The translations under genes were made by a program, and so were the position numbers. A stretch of 63,747 bases of DNA, filler included, from Welwitschia mirabilis (Eukaryota), in the NCBI GenBank assembly GCA_051453625.1. It is 7 parts of one record of this genome, joined end to end, with 100 filler letters (N's around TTAATTAATTAA, not from the genome) between each part and the next. Parts side by side here need not be neighbours in the genome. Positions count along the whole stretch, not along the records: positions 22,363 to 46,601 come from JBOZIK010000001.1; 6 more parts are not named here. One strand, written 5' to 3'. The notes under the pieces were generated by a model, which searched no databases, had not been told where the DNA came from, and was given only the letters and a program-made list of their open reading frames with translations. Positions 25,200 to 35,300 of this stretch are shown here, piece after piece. How positions within the stretch are numbered: position 1 is the first letter of the stretch; each line of letters starts with the position of its first letter.

Positions 25200-28100
25200 C
25201 ATACTTTAATGGGATATTAAACAGAGAAAACTATACTTAAAAATGCAATGTGAAAAATCTTCAATCCACATATAAAAATTAAATTATTGAACATGTATGA
25301 ATTACACCTCCTTTGCAATTAAAATGAATCCATTTTAACTGAATGTTCAAAACATAGTAGGCAAGAGCAATAGCTTAACACTGTAGGAAGAATACCTTTT
25401 AAAATATGTAATGCAATACCTTTGTAATTACATTTTAAAATTTGTTTCCTCTTCCATCTAGAAGTATTTTCGACCATCATTTTTAATTATAATCGTAGAG
25501 GACATCCAATCAATCACAAGTTATTCAAAAGTACTTTAATATTCTTAAATTTATTTTTACCTACTTTAATGGGATATTAAACATAGAAAACTATACTTAA
25601 NNNNNNNNNNNNNNNNNNNNNNNNNNNNNNNNNNNNNNNNNNNNNNNNNNNNNNNNNNNNNNNNNNNNNNNNNNNNNNNNNNNNNNNNNNNNNNNNNNNN
25701 NNNNNNNNNNNNNNNNNNNNNNNNNNNNNNNNNNNNNNNNNNNNNNNNNNNNNNNNNNNNNNNNNNNNNNNNNNNNNNNNNNNNNNNNNNNNNNNNNNNN
25801 NNNNNNNNNNNNNNNNNNNNNNNNNNNNNNNNNNNNNNNNNNNNNNNNNNNNNNNNNNNNNNNNNNNNNNNNNNNNNNNNNNNNNNNNNNNNNNNNNNNN
25901 NNNNNNNNNNNNNNNNNNNNNNNNNNNNNNNNNNNNNNNNNNNNNNNNNNNNNNNNNNNNNNNNNNNNNNNNNNNNNNNNNNNNNNNNNNNNNNNNNNNG
26001 AACATGTGAAAAATTACGCCTCATTTGCAATTAAAATAACCCATTTTAATTGAATGTTTAAAAGGTGTTAGGTAAGAGTGATAGCTTAACATTGTAGGAA
26101 GAATACCTTTTAAAATACATCATGAATAGAATGAAATACCTTTGTAATCGCCTTTTAAAATTTGTTTTCTCTCAAATTTAGAAGTATTTATCCCCATCTT
26201 TTTTAATTGTAATCATAGAGAACGTTAAATCAATCATTAGATCTTTAAAAGTAGTTTAATATTCTTNNNNNNNNNNNNNNNNNNNNNNNNNNNNNNNNNN
26301 NNNNNNNNNNNNNNNNNNNNNNNNNNNNNNNNNNNNNNNNNNNNNNNNNNNNNNNNNNNNNNNNNNAGGTAAGAGCGATAGCTTAACATTGTAGGAAGAA
26401 TACCTTTTAAAATACATCATGAATAGAATGCAATACCTTTGTAATCGCCTTTTAAAATTTGTTTTCTCTCAAATTTAGAAGTATTTATCACCATCTTTTT
26501 TAATTGTAATCATAGAGAATGTTGAATCAATCATTAGATCTTTAAAAGTAGTTTAATATTCTTAAATTTATTTTTATGTATTTTAATGGGATATTAAACA
26601 TGGAAAACCATACTTAAAAATGCAATGTAAATAATCATAAATCCAAATAAAAAAAATTAAATGATTAAACATGTACAAATTATGCCTCTTTGTAATTGAA
26701 AATAACCCACTTTAACTAAATGTTAAAAAGCTATTAGGCAAGAGTGATAGCTTAACACTATAGGAAGAATACCTTTTAAAATACATCATGAATAAGAGTA
26801 GAATGCAATACCTTTGTAATCACATTTTTAAATTTGTTTCCTCTCCAATCAAAAAGTATTTTTCATCCATCTTTTTTAATTTTAATCATAGAGGGCATTC
26901 AATCAATCATTGGGTCTTCAAAAGCAGTGTAATATTCTCTAATTTATTTTCACCTACTTTAATGGGATATTAAACATAGAAAACCATACTTAAAAATGTG
27001 ATGTGAATAATATTAAATCCAAATAAGAAAAACTAAATGATTGAACATGTACAAATTATGCCTCCTTTGCAATTAAAAATAACCATTTTAACTAAATGTT
27101 TAAAAGGTGTTAGGCAAAAGCGATAGCTTAACATTATAGGCAGACTATCTTTTAAAATAATCATGAATAAGAGTAGAATGCAATACCTTTGTAATCACAT
27201 TTTAAAAATTTATTTCCTTTACAATCTAGAAGTATTTGTCACCCATCTTTTTTAATTGTAATCATAGAGAACGTCCAATCAATCACCGAGTCTTCAAAAG
27301 TAGTTTAATATTCTTAAATTTGTTGTCACATACTTTAATGGGATATTAAACATAGAGAACCATACTTAAAATGAAATGTGAACAATATTCAGTCCAAGTA
27401 AAAAAATTAAATGATTAAAAGTGTATAAATTACACTTCCTTTGCAATTAAAAATAACCCCTTTAACTAAATGTGCAAAAGGTGTTAGGCAAGAGCGATAG
27501 CTTAACACTGTAAGAAGAATACCTGTTAAAATTTATCATGAATAAGAGTAGAATGCAATAGCTTTGTAATCACCTTTTAAAATTTGTCTCCTCTCCAATC
27601 TGGAAGTATTTGTCACCTACCTTTTTAAATTGTAATCATAGAGGATGTCCAATCAATCACTGGGTCTTCAAAAGTAGTTTAATATTTTTAAATTTATTTT
27701 TACCTACTTTAATGGGATATTAAACATAGTAAACCATACTTAAAAATAAAATGTGAATAATCTTCAATCCAAACGTTAAATGATTGAACATTTACAAATT
27801 CCGCCTCCTTTGTAATTAAAAATAACCCATTTTAACTGAATGTTTAAAAGGTGTTAGGCAAAAGCAATAGCTTAACACTGTAGGAAGAATACCTTTTAAA
27901 ATACATTAAGAATGAGTAGAATGCAATACCTTTGTATTCACATTTTAAAGATTGTTTCTTCTCAAATATAGAAGTATTTGTCACTATCTTTTTTAATTGT
28001 AATCATAGAGGATGTCGAATCAATCATTGGGTCTTTAAAAGTAGTTTAATATTCTTAAATTTGTTTTTACCTATTTTAATGGGATATTAAAAATGGAAAA

Positions 28101-29245
28101 CCATAATTAAAAATGCAATGTGAATAATCGTAAATCCAAATAAAAAAATTAAATGATTAAACATGTACAAACTATGCCTCTTTGCAATTAAAAATAACCC
28201 ATTTTAACTAAGTTTGTAAAAGGTGCTAAGTAAGAGTGATAGCTTAACACTGTAGGAAGAATACCTTTTAAAATACATCATGAATCAGAGTAGAATGCAA
28301 TACCTTTGTAATCACATTTTAAAATTTATTTCCTCTCCAATTTGGAAGTATTTGTCACCCATCTTTTTTAATTGTAATCATAGAGGGTGTCCAATCAATC
28401 ACTGAGCCTTCAAAAGTAGTTTAATATCCTTAAATTTATTTTCACATACTTTAATGGGATATTAAACATAGAAAACCATACTTAAAAATGCGATGTGAAT
28501 AATCTTCAATCCAAATTAAAAATTAAATGATTGAACATGTACAAATTACGTCTCCTTTGCAACTAAAAATAATCATTTTAACTAAATGTTTAAAAGCTGT
28601 TAGGCAAAAGCCATGGCTTAACGCTGTAGGCAGAATACCTTTTAAAATACATCATGAATAAGAGTAGAATGCAATACCTTTGTAATCACATTTTAAAATT
28701 TGTTTCCTCTCCAATATGGAAGTATTTATCACCCATCTTTTTTTAATTGTAATCATAGAAGATGTCCAATCAATCACTGGGTCTTCTAAGGTAGTTTAAT
28801 ATTATTAAATTTATTTTCACCTATTGTAATGGGATATTAAACATAGAAAACCATACTTAAAATGCAATGTGAACAATCTTCAATCAAAATTAAAAAAACT
28901 AAATAATTGAACGTGTATGAATTACACTTCCTTTGTAATTAAAAATAACCATTTTAACTGAATGTGTAAAAGGTGTTACGCAAGAGCGATAGCTTAACAC
29001 TGTAAGAAGAATATCTTTTAAAATACACCATGAATAAGAGTAGAATGCAATTTGTTTGTAATGACATTTTAAAACCTGTTAGTCTCCAATCTGAAAATCT
29101 TCGTCAGCCATCCTTTTTAATGGTAATCATAGTGGACGTCCAAGCGCTCATTGGGGCTTCAAAAGTGATAAAATACCTTAATTTCGGTTTTAATATTTTT
29201 AAAGTTTATTTTGACCTCCTTTAAGGAGATATTAAAGATAGAAAA
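25200..29245. repeat. Tandem array of ~375-bp monomers (about 10-11 copies, with two gaps)
   Basis: The anchor AATGGGATATTAAA recurs at 25208, 25568, 26585, 26961, 27337, 27711, 28078, 28453 and 28828, with a diverged copy at ~29223. Spacings are 360-395 bp, mostly 374-376. Confidence 0.97.
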
Positions 29246-29725
29246 GCTGCGAGAGCTCCACACTATGCTCTACTTTTGTACGCATACAGTAAGCGACTTT
29301 GAGTGTGAAATAATAATAAGGCTACTCATCATACTCTCTGATCTTGTGCCAATGTGCAATATTTCCCTTTTGAATTAAGTGCTCTCGCCAACATAGCAAA
29401 ACCTTTCGTCACTTGTCACCCAACAACCCACATTTATATTATTTTAACAGAGCGCATACTTACACTTATTTTAACCAAATGCTTATAATCTACTCTCAAA
29501 TAAATGAAGCCACACACACTAAAATGAAATCATGCTCATGCTTAGTAGAGCTCGGGCTCTAAGTCGTGCGCCCTTGGGCGTTGGAGGCTCATTCTTGAGC
29601 TACACAACACATTCTTACTCTATAGCTTCCACTGCAATTCCTTTTGCCGCCCGATATTACCGTCACTGAATACGGCGGGGCCGTACTTTTTAAGGCATTT
29701 TATCTCTTGACTGGAGCTAAGATAT

Positions 29726-29827
29726 CTGCAAACAAGTAATACGCACAACACACACAGTTCACATTTAACAGTCTAACAGCAATGAAGAAATCCAATGCAC
29801 ATTCAGTAACAAACTCAAGTTGCTCAC
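29726..29827 (-). other. Predicted 102-nt intron in the 3' UTR of the extensin-like gene
   Basis: The minus strand reads TAA G|GTGAGC right after the stop (donor consensus), has a U/G-rich body, and ends TACTTGTTTGCAG|AT (acceptor consensus). Confidence 0.7.
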
Positions 29828-29828
29828 C

Positions 29829-31346
29829 TTAGTAAGGAGGTGGTGGTGGAGGTGACATGTAAGGATAACCGCCGTGCTTTGGTGACGGCGGCGGCATCAC
29901 CGGAGGAACGTAAACCGGCGGTTTGTGGTACGGAGGTGGTTTCACAACCGGAGGAACCTTAGGTGGCGGAAACACCGGTGAGACCTCATGCCTTGGTGGC
30001 GGCGGTGGAATTCTCCCGTAAGGGGGCCCTGTTACCGGGGGTGGTTTCGGCTTAACGACTGGAGGTGGTTTCGGGTGCACAACCGGTGGCGGGTAAACAG
30101 GGGGCGGTACCACCACTGGAGGTGGCTTCGGATGAACGACCGGTGGGGGGTAAACGACCGTAGGGGGCTTTGGGTGCACCACTGGTGGCTTTGGAGGGCA
30201 GGGGTGCACCACCCGAGGCGGTTTTGGATGAACCACTGGTGGAGGTTTCGGCCTTGGCACCAATGGAGGTGACACTGGTGGTGGGTAAACTGGAGAAATG
30301 CGGTGAACTGGAGGCGGAGGAGACTTGTAATGGTATGGTGGTGGTTTCACGACCGGTGGCGGTTTCGCGATCGGTGGTGGTTTTCGGAGGGGCGGAGGGT
30401 ATGTCGGAGGCGGCTTCACTACCGGAGGGGGATACACCAAAGGCGGTGGCGGATACCTAGGCGGTGCCTTGTGTACCGGTGGCGGATACTTAGGCGGTGG
30501 CGGATACCTAGGGGGTGGAGGATACCTGGGAGGTGCCTTGTGTACCGGTGGCGGATATCTAGGTGGTGGCGGATATCTAGGAGGCGGCGGAGGTTTCGGC
30601 TTTGGCACCAATGGGGGTGGATAAACTGGAGAAATGCGGTGAACTGGAGGCGGAGGAGACTTGTATTGGTATGGTGGTGGTTTGACGATCGGAGGCGGCT
30701 TCACTACCGGAGGGGGGTACACCACAGGCGGTGGCTTGCGTACCGGTGGCGGATACCTAGGCGGTGGCTTCACTACAGGCGGGGGATACAGCGGCGGAGG
30801 CTTTACCACTGGAGGAGGTTTCACCACCGGCGGAGGCTTTACCACTGGGGGAGGCTTCACCACCGGCGGAGGCTTAACGACTGGAGGTGGATAGACGGGT
30901 GGAGGAATTACGACGGGAGGAGGATGCAGTGGCGGAGGCTTTACTACAGGTGGAGGATACACAACTGGTGGTGGCCTACGCACTGGCGGAGGCTTTACCA
31001 CTGGGGGAGGTTTCACCACTGGAGGAGGTTTAACGACGGGAGGTGGATAGGCTGGTGGAGGAATTACTACGGGAGGAGGATGCACCGGCGGAGGCTTTAC
31101 TATGGGTGGAGGATACGCTACTGGTGGTGGCCGATGCACCGGCGGAGGGTAGACGGGTGATATTGCATGCGGAGGTGGCGGAGAAGTGTAATAATATGGG
31201 TGGCCATATGAAGCGGCCGATGGACTCGCAATGCAGAGCAGAACCGCGGAGATCATGAATGCCGCCATCGGGACGACTCCGCTGAGGCTCATTGCAAGCC
31301 GAGGGAGATGATATGTTGTTCCCTGTCTCTGCCTCTGGCGCTGCAT
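29829..31346 (-). CDS. Secreted extensin / proline-rich cell-wall hydroxyproline-rich glycoprotein (505 aa, single coding exon)
   Basis: Uninterrupted ORF with a hydrophobic signal peptide (AAFMISAVLLCIASPSAA), four Y-x-Y-x-SPPPP motifs and many VVKPPP, VYPPP and RYPPP repeats. A TATA box lies ~40 nt upstream. The true start could be a downstream Met (M19, M27 or M31). Confidence 0.95.
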   Translation of the reverse strand: MQRQRQRQGTTYHLPRLAMSLSGVVPMAAFMISAVLLCIASPSAASYGHPYYYTSPPPPHAISPVYPPPVHRPPPVAYPPPIVKPPPVHPPPVVIPPPAYPPPVVKPPPVVKPPPVVKPPPVRRPPPVVYPPPVVKPPPLHPPPVVIPPPVYPPPVVKPPPVVKPPPVVKPPPVVKPPPVVKPPPLYPPPVVKPPPRYPPPVRKPPPVVYPPPVVKPPPIVKPPPYQYKSPPPPVHRISPVYPPPLVPKPKPPPPPRYPPPPRYPPPVHKAPPRYPPPPRYPPPPKYPPPVHKAPPRYPPPPLVYPPPVVKPPPTYPPPLRKPPPIAKPPPVVKPPPYHYKSPPPPVHRISPVYPPPVSPPLVPRPKPPPVVHPKPPRVVHPCPPKPPVVHPKPPTVVYPPPVVHPKPPPVVVPPPVYPPPVVHPKPPPVVKPKPPPVTGPPYGRIPPPPPRHEVSPVFPPPKVPPVVKPPPYHKPPVYVPPVMPPPSPKHGGYPYMSPPPPPPY

Positions 31347-31386
31347 GGCAAACTGGCTCGATTTGTAATGCGTTTCGAGTGGGTGC

Positions 31387-31395
31387 TTATATATA
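31387..31395 (-). promoter_or_regulatory. TATA box of the extensin-like gene
   Basis: The minus strand reads CCCCTATATATAAGCACC, 41-49 nt upstream of the ATG at 31346. Confidence 0.85.
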
Positions 31396-33600
31396 GGGGT
31401 GGCAGGAACTATGCTATGGCAGCTGCAGAGACGGGCAATGGATGGTCGATGGGTCCGGAGTCCCTTTCAAACGGGCATTTCAGAGTTGGTGGGTGGGTGT
31501 ATGGGACCGGCGCGCTTGCGTAGGGATTCTCGCTTGATCACTGGAAGTGTGACAGCCATGCGGGGCAGCAAAAGCAGTCCTGCGAAGTGGGCAGTACGAA
31601 GATGATCAGAGAAGGTTGCAGTCTCCATGGATTAATTTAACGGATTAAGCATAACGGAGGGGGAAACACGCAGGAGTTGTCAATGATACCACAACCAAAG
31701 GTAGAATCTGCTGTTAGAAGGATGGTAAACCCGAGTGTTTGCATGACAACGCATGATTTATACTGCGACGATAAGATTTGGGTACGAATCGATGGGAGGC
31801 GATGCGACGGCAGAGTGATGAACGTCGATGGCCTGCCGCCCCGCAATTCTCACCGCGCTATCGTGCGATTTGTCTCAGCGATCACCCATCACCGGTGACG
31901 GGGTAACGAAACACGTGAAATGTATGTCATGTACAGTTGTAGGGCACTTGTTCAGGAGGGCATTCGACGTGCCATGCGAATTTCTTTTCTAGTAACGCCA
32001 AATTTGACAATACTTTATTCCAGATGAAAGCGTACGTCGGAGAAACAGCGTTTAACAACAGGACAAATTACACAGCACAAGAAGTTACGATTTCGAGACT
32101 AAAATGTGGGAGACAGACTGGAAATTGTGATGGACACTTGATGGCCTGAGGGCGTTACTTTATTTCACCGCGGACTCTGACACTTGCGACGGCACGGACG
32201 GACTGAAAGGCCGTACTGCTATCGATTAGCGGGGCCACGATGCTATTCCACTTACAATCGATGGCGCTCTCTGACTAAGGGTGTTACTGCCTCCCTCGGC
32301 GCCCCCCACTCCGCGGCCTCCGATCCGCTCGGTCGTCTCTTAGTGTAGTCAGGAATATTCCGAGATGCGATGCGAAAATGAATTGCAATGTGGCGTGACG
32401 AGATGGGGAGTGAGTTGACGGGTGAGCGATAAAAATGGCAATAGTTTCGTTAGATTACGTCTTCATTCGCTCCACATTTTCCGTCAGTTGGAAACGCGGA
32501 AACTTGGTTAAGCTTGATTAGGTGAGACTGTTGCTAATGGGACTAACATGACACGATGAGAAGATAAGGATGACCCACTGCTGGAGAAGGAGGCGAAGGG
32601 CGAAAGGCGAAGGGACCCGCGCAGGCAGCGCCCTGTCGTAATTCACAGGTGGTGGATGCGAATGTGATGGAATCCACCGCGCTTCGCTTCTGCCTCGGCG
32701 CGGCCTTCTGCCATTGGAAATTCCATGGACCTCTGGACAACTCCAGAGAGTGAAGACAATCGCATGGCGTCTCATGTAGTTAACACGTAGCACAAACACT
32801 GGACAGAAACGGGGAGTGGTTGGAGTTGCAAGAATCAGACAAAGAGTCGTTAAAGCAAGTCTGAATGATTAAGCCTTTTCCCTTAATCCTGGCGAAGGCA
32901 CGGAAACTTCAGGTTGCTCTGTAATCTGATATTTACGGATCCACCAGGGGAGGCGACCTCAGGCTCATGCCTTACGAGGGTGACGGTAATGTTTACTACG
33001 CAGCGGGTAAACCTGGCGAGTGTAAAGTGCGCCGCGATTTGCTACCGACAGCGAGCAAAGTGAATAATGATCCTGGTGAAGACTTACAGTGCTGCTTTGT
33101 TACGTGCACATGACTTTCTTATTAAAGAGCAGTCACAGGATTCCTCCGCCTTTTGTCGGTTTCCTTTGGATTTTGCTTGGGCGATGGCCGAGGAACGATG
33201 GGCGACGGGCGACGGTGGATGGCCGAAGGATCTTCAGCAGGAGTTTGGATTAATCACATTGATGTGAAGGCAAGAGTAGCAAATTTCGTATGCAGTTTGG
33301 AATGACGTGATTTTTCAACGGAGTTTAAGTTGAAATGAGAGACGAGGCGATTTGGCGGGGCGTTCGCCACAAAACACGATGAGTGGTACGATGAGAAGGC
33401 GAGAGTCAAGTCTGAATGTCGGGGGGGCTCGCTTTTTCAACACTGCCAACATCACATCAACATTAGAAAATAAAGCTAATTTTAAAAATCTGAATGCCGC
33501 GACAAAATTATTTACTCTTTCCATATTTTTTTTATTTTATCACATAAAACTATGTGTTTAAGTTTGTCAAAGGAATCTTAGAGACGGACACCGAAAGAGA
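31396..33600 (-). promoter_or_regulatory. CpG-rich single-copy-looking upstream regulatory region
   Basis: Markedly more GC and CpG than the TE flanks, with no convincing ORF. G-box CACGTG at 31912-31917 and an ABRE-like ACGTGCC near 31967. Confidence 0.6.
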
Positions 33601-33849
33601 AATCACTACATCATTTAAGATAAGATGCTTTGGGAACATATTCTTGAAGGCAAAAAAAGAAATCGAAATCGGATTTTCATGAGAGTGTTAATTTCTTTAA
33701 GGTCTGTATATACATTTTGCATTAGTAACAAAGTTTGATACAAAGTTGTTTTTTATTCTTTGATGTTAACATTGAGTATAATTAGGAAATTGATTTAGAC
33801 CTAGAAAACAACCAATAGTACATCTACCTTCAAGTGGCACGATAGACCT

Positions 33850-35300
33850 CAAGAACATGACATAGCCACAAGAAAGAGGTAAGCCACTTATAAACCCTGA
33901 TGCTTTGTTTTTTTTTTGCAATGTTATCAATCAGATCTTTAATCTTTTTTTCCACACCCTTAATCTTCATGTCTTTTCTACGATCCTTAACTAAGAGAGC
34001 ATTCAAATGAGCCTATAGGCGATGATTAGCAATGGATTACTCAAATCTCAAATCCACATATTTCTTCAAAAATCTTATTTGTCAAAGCACCCTAGCTTAA
34101 TTTGATCTCATTTAGATTTTGGTAGACGTAACAAATGAAAGAGTTAAACATTCTTATGCCCCACTCGTAGATTTGACTCCCTTAACTCTTTCACAAATTT
34201 CTTAAACTCTGAAAAATTATTCTTTAATTTTTGGTTTTTATTACCAATTTTATTAAACTCTCAATACATGGCCATTATGTCAGCCAAAAAAAATAATTTG
34301 AAATTATCACATAGTTCACTTACATTACCTCCTTTCATGAAGTCATTTATGCTCCTTTCCCATAATCTAATTCTCATCTTTGTCTTAGAAACTGTCACTG
34401 CAATGAAGCTCTCTCTTTCCACGTGCTCATAGAATACTAAACTCGAATCTAAAACAAAAATACATGCAAACAATCATTTAACTAAAAACAAAGAAGGCAA
34501 GAGAACCTTTTAAAAAGGAAAAAAATCAAGGAGGGGCTATCTTTCTTACCATTTTTCATATTGTGATCCAATGTCCTTTTGGTTCAAAGTTATTCTTCAT
34601 TTTTTGTAAAGTTTTATCATTTAAAAATTAAAAATAAGATTACAAATATAAATAAAATTCAAGTTAAATATTGACCAATGCCTTTCTTCGTATATGAAAC
34701 AATCTTGTTGATATCAAAAATGACCACCTCAATTCCCTATTGTTGACCAACGTCATTCTCTAATTGGTTACTTCACTACATAAGCAATCGAAGGGTCATT
34801 CAGAGAGAGAACAATAAGGAAGCACTGGTGGCTTTGCTATTGATGCTTAATGGTCCTGTGAACTATGTGAGATGGGAGGAATAGCACCTTCAAGTCCATT
34901 ATGTAGTTATTTCGACCCATCGTAAAACGCATATCCTTGCCATAAGCAATCAACTTACTATTCAATTGTGTTGTGTCAATATCTTTTTGGGTCAACCCTA
35001 CATAACTATTTTGCACACATTCCCCATTCCCCATACCTTCTTACAAAGGTCTTCATTAAGAACCAGAATTTTCTTTAAAAACCCCTCTTTCAGTTCATAA
35101 TGTTCATTTCTTAGATTAGGTGTCATCTCAACAAGATTTTTAATTTCTACATCTTATTATTCATCCTCCATATTGTTAGCTACAATAATTTTCTACGTAA
35201 TCCCTCTCTAGTCTATCAAAACTTGCCTAATATCAACACAAGTGAAGTAAACTCTTAAGCTTATAAGCTCAGAATGCTCTTGCATATAACTATTTTCCAA
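33850..35300 (-). pseudogene. Possible decayed Ulp1/C48-peptidase-like transposon-associated gene
   Basis: Minus-strand fragments KVLFLPSH...SHQCFLIVLSLNDPSIAY (~34770-34895) and NDCLHVF (~34460-34480) are in the order of the C48 motifs IFxPxH..HWxLxV and DCG. Many stops; recognised by eye only. Confidence 0.3.

Noticed and set aside
25200..29245. 5S rDNA or CRISPR interpretation of the tandem array
   Set aside because: GATGGGTGAC and GTTAAGC occur on the minus strand but in the wrong order and spacing for 5S rRNA, and the unit is too AT-rich. There are no unique spacers or cas genes, and the context is eukaryotic.
29988..31258. Plus-strand W/R-rich and G/T-rich ORFs (up to 285 aa)
   Set aside because: These are antisense shadows of the proline-codon repeats of the extensin CDS.
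31308..33561. Short ORFs (65-93 aa) and a loose purine/pyrimidine fold-back at ~32585-32710 in the upstream island
   Set aside because: Such ORFs are expected by chance at this GC content and show no domain or splice-supported structure. The fold-back pairing is too imperfect for a miRNA call.
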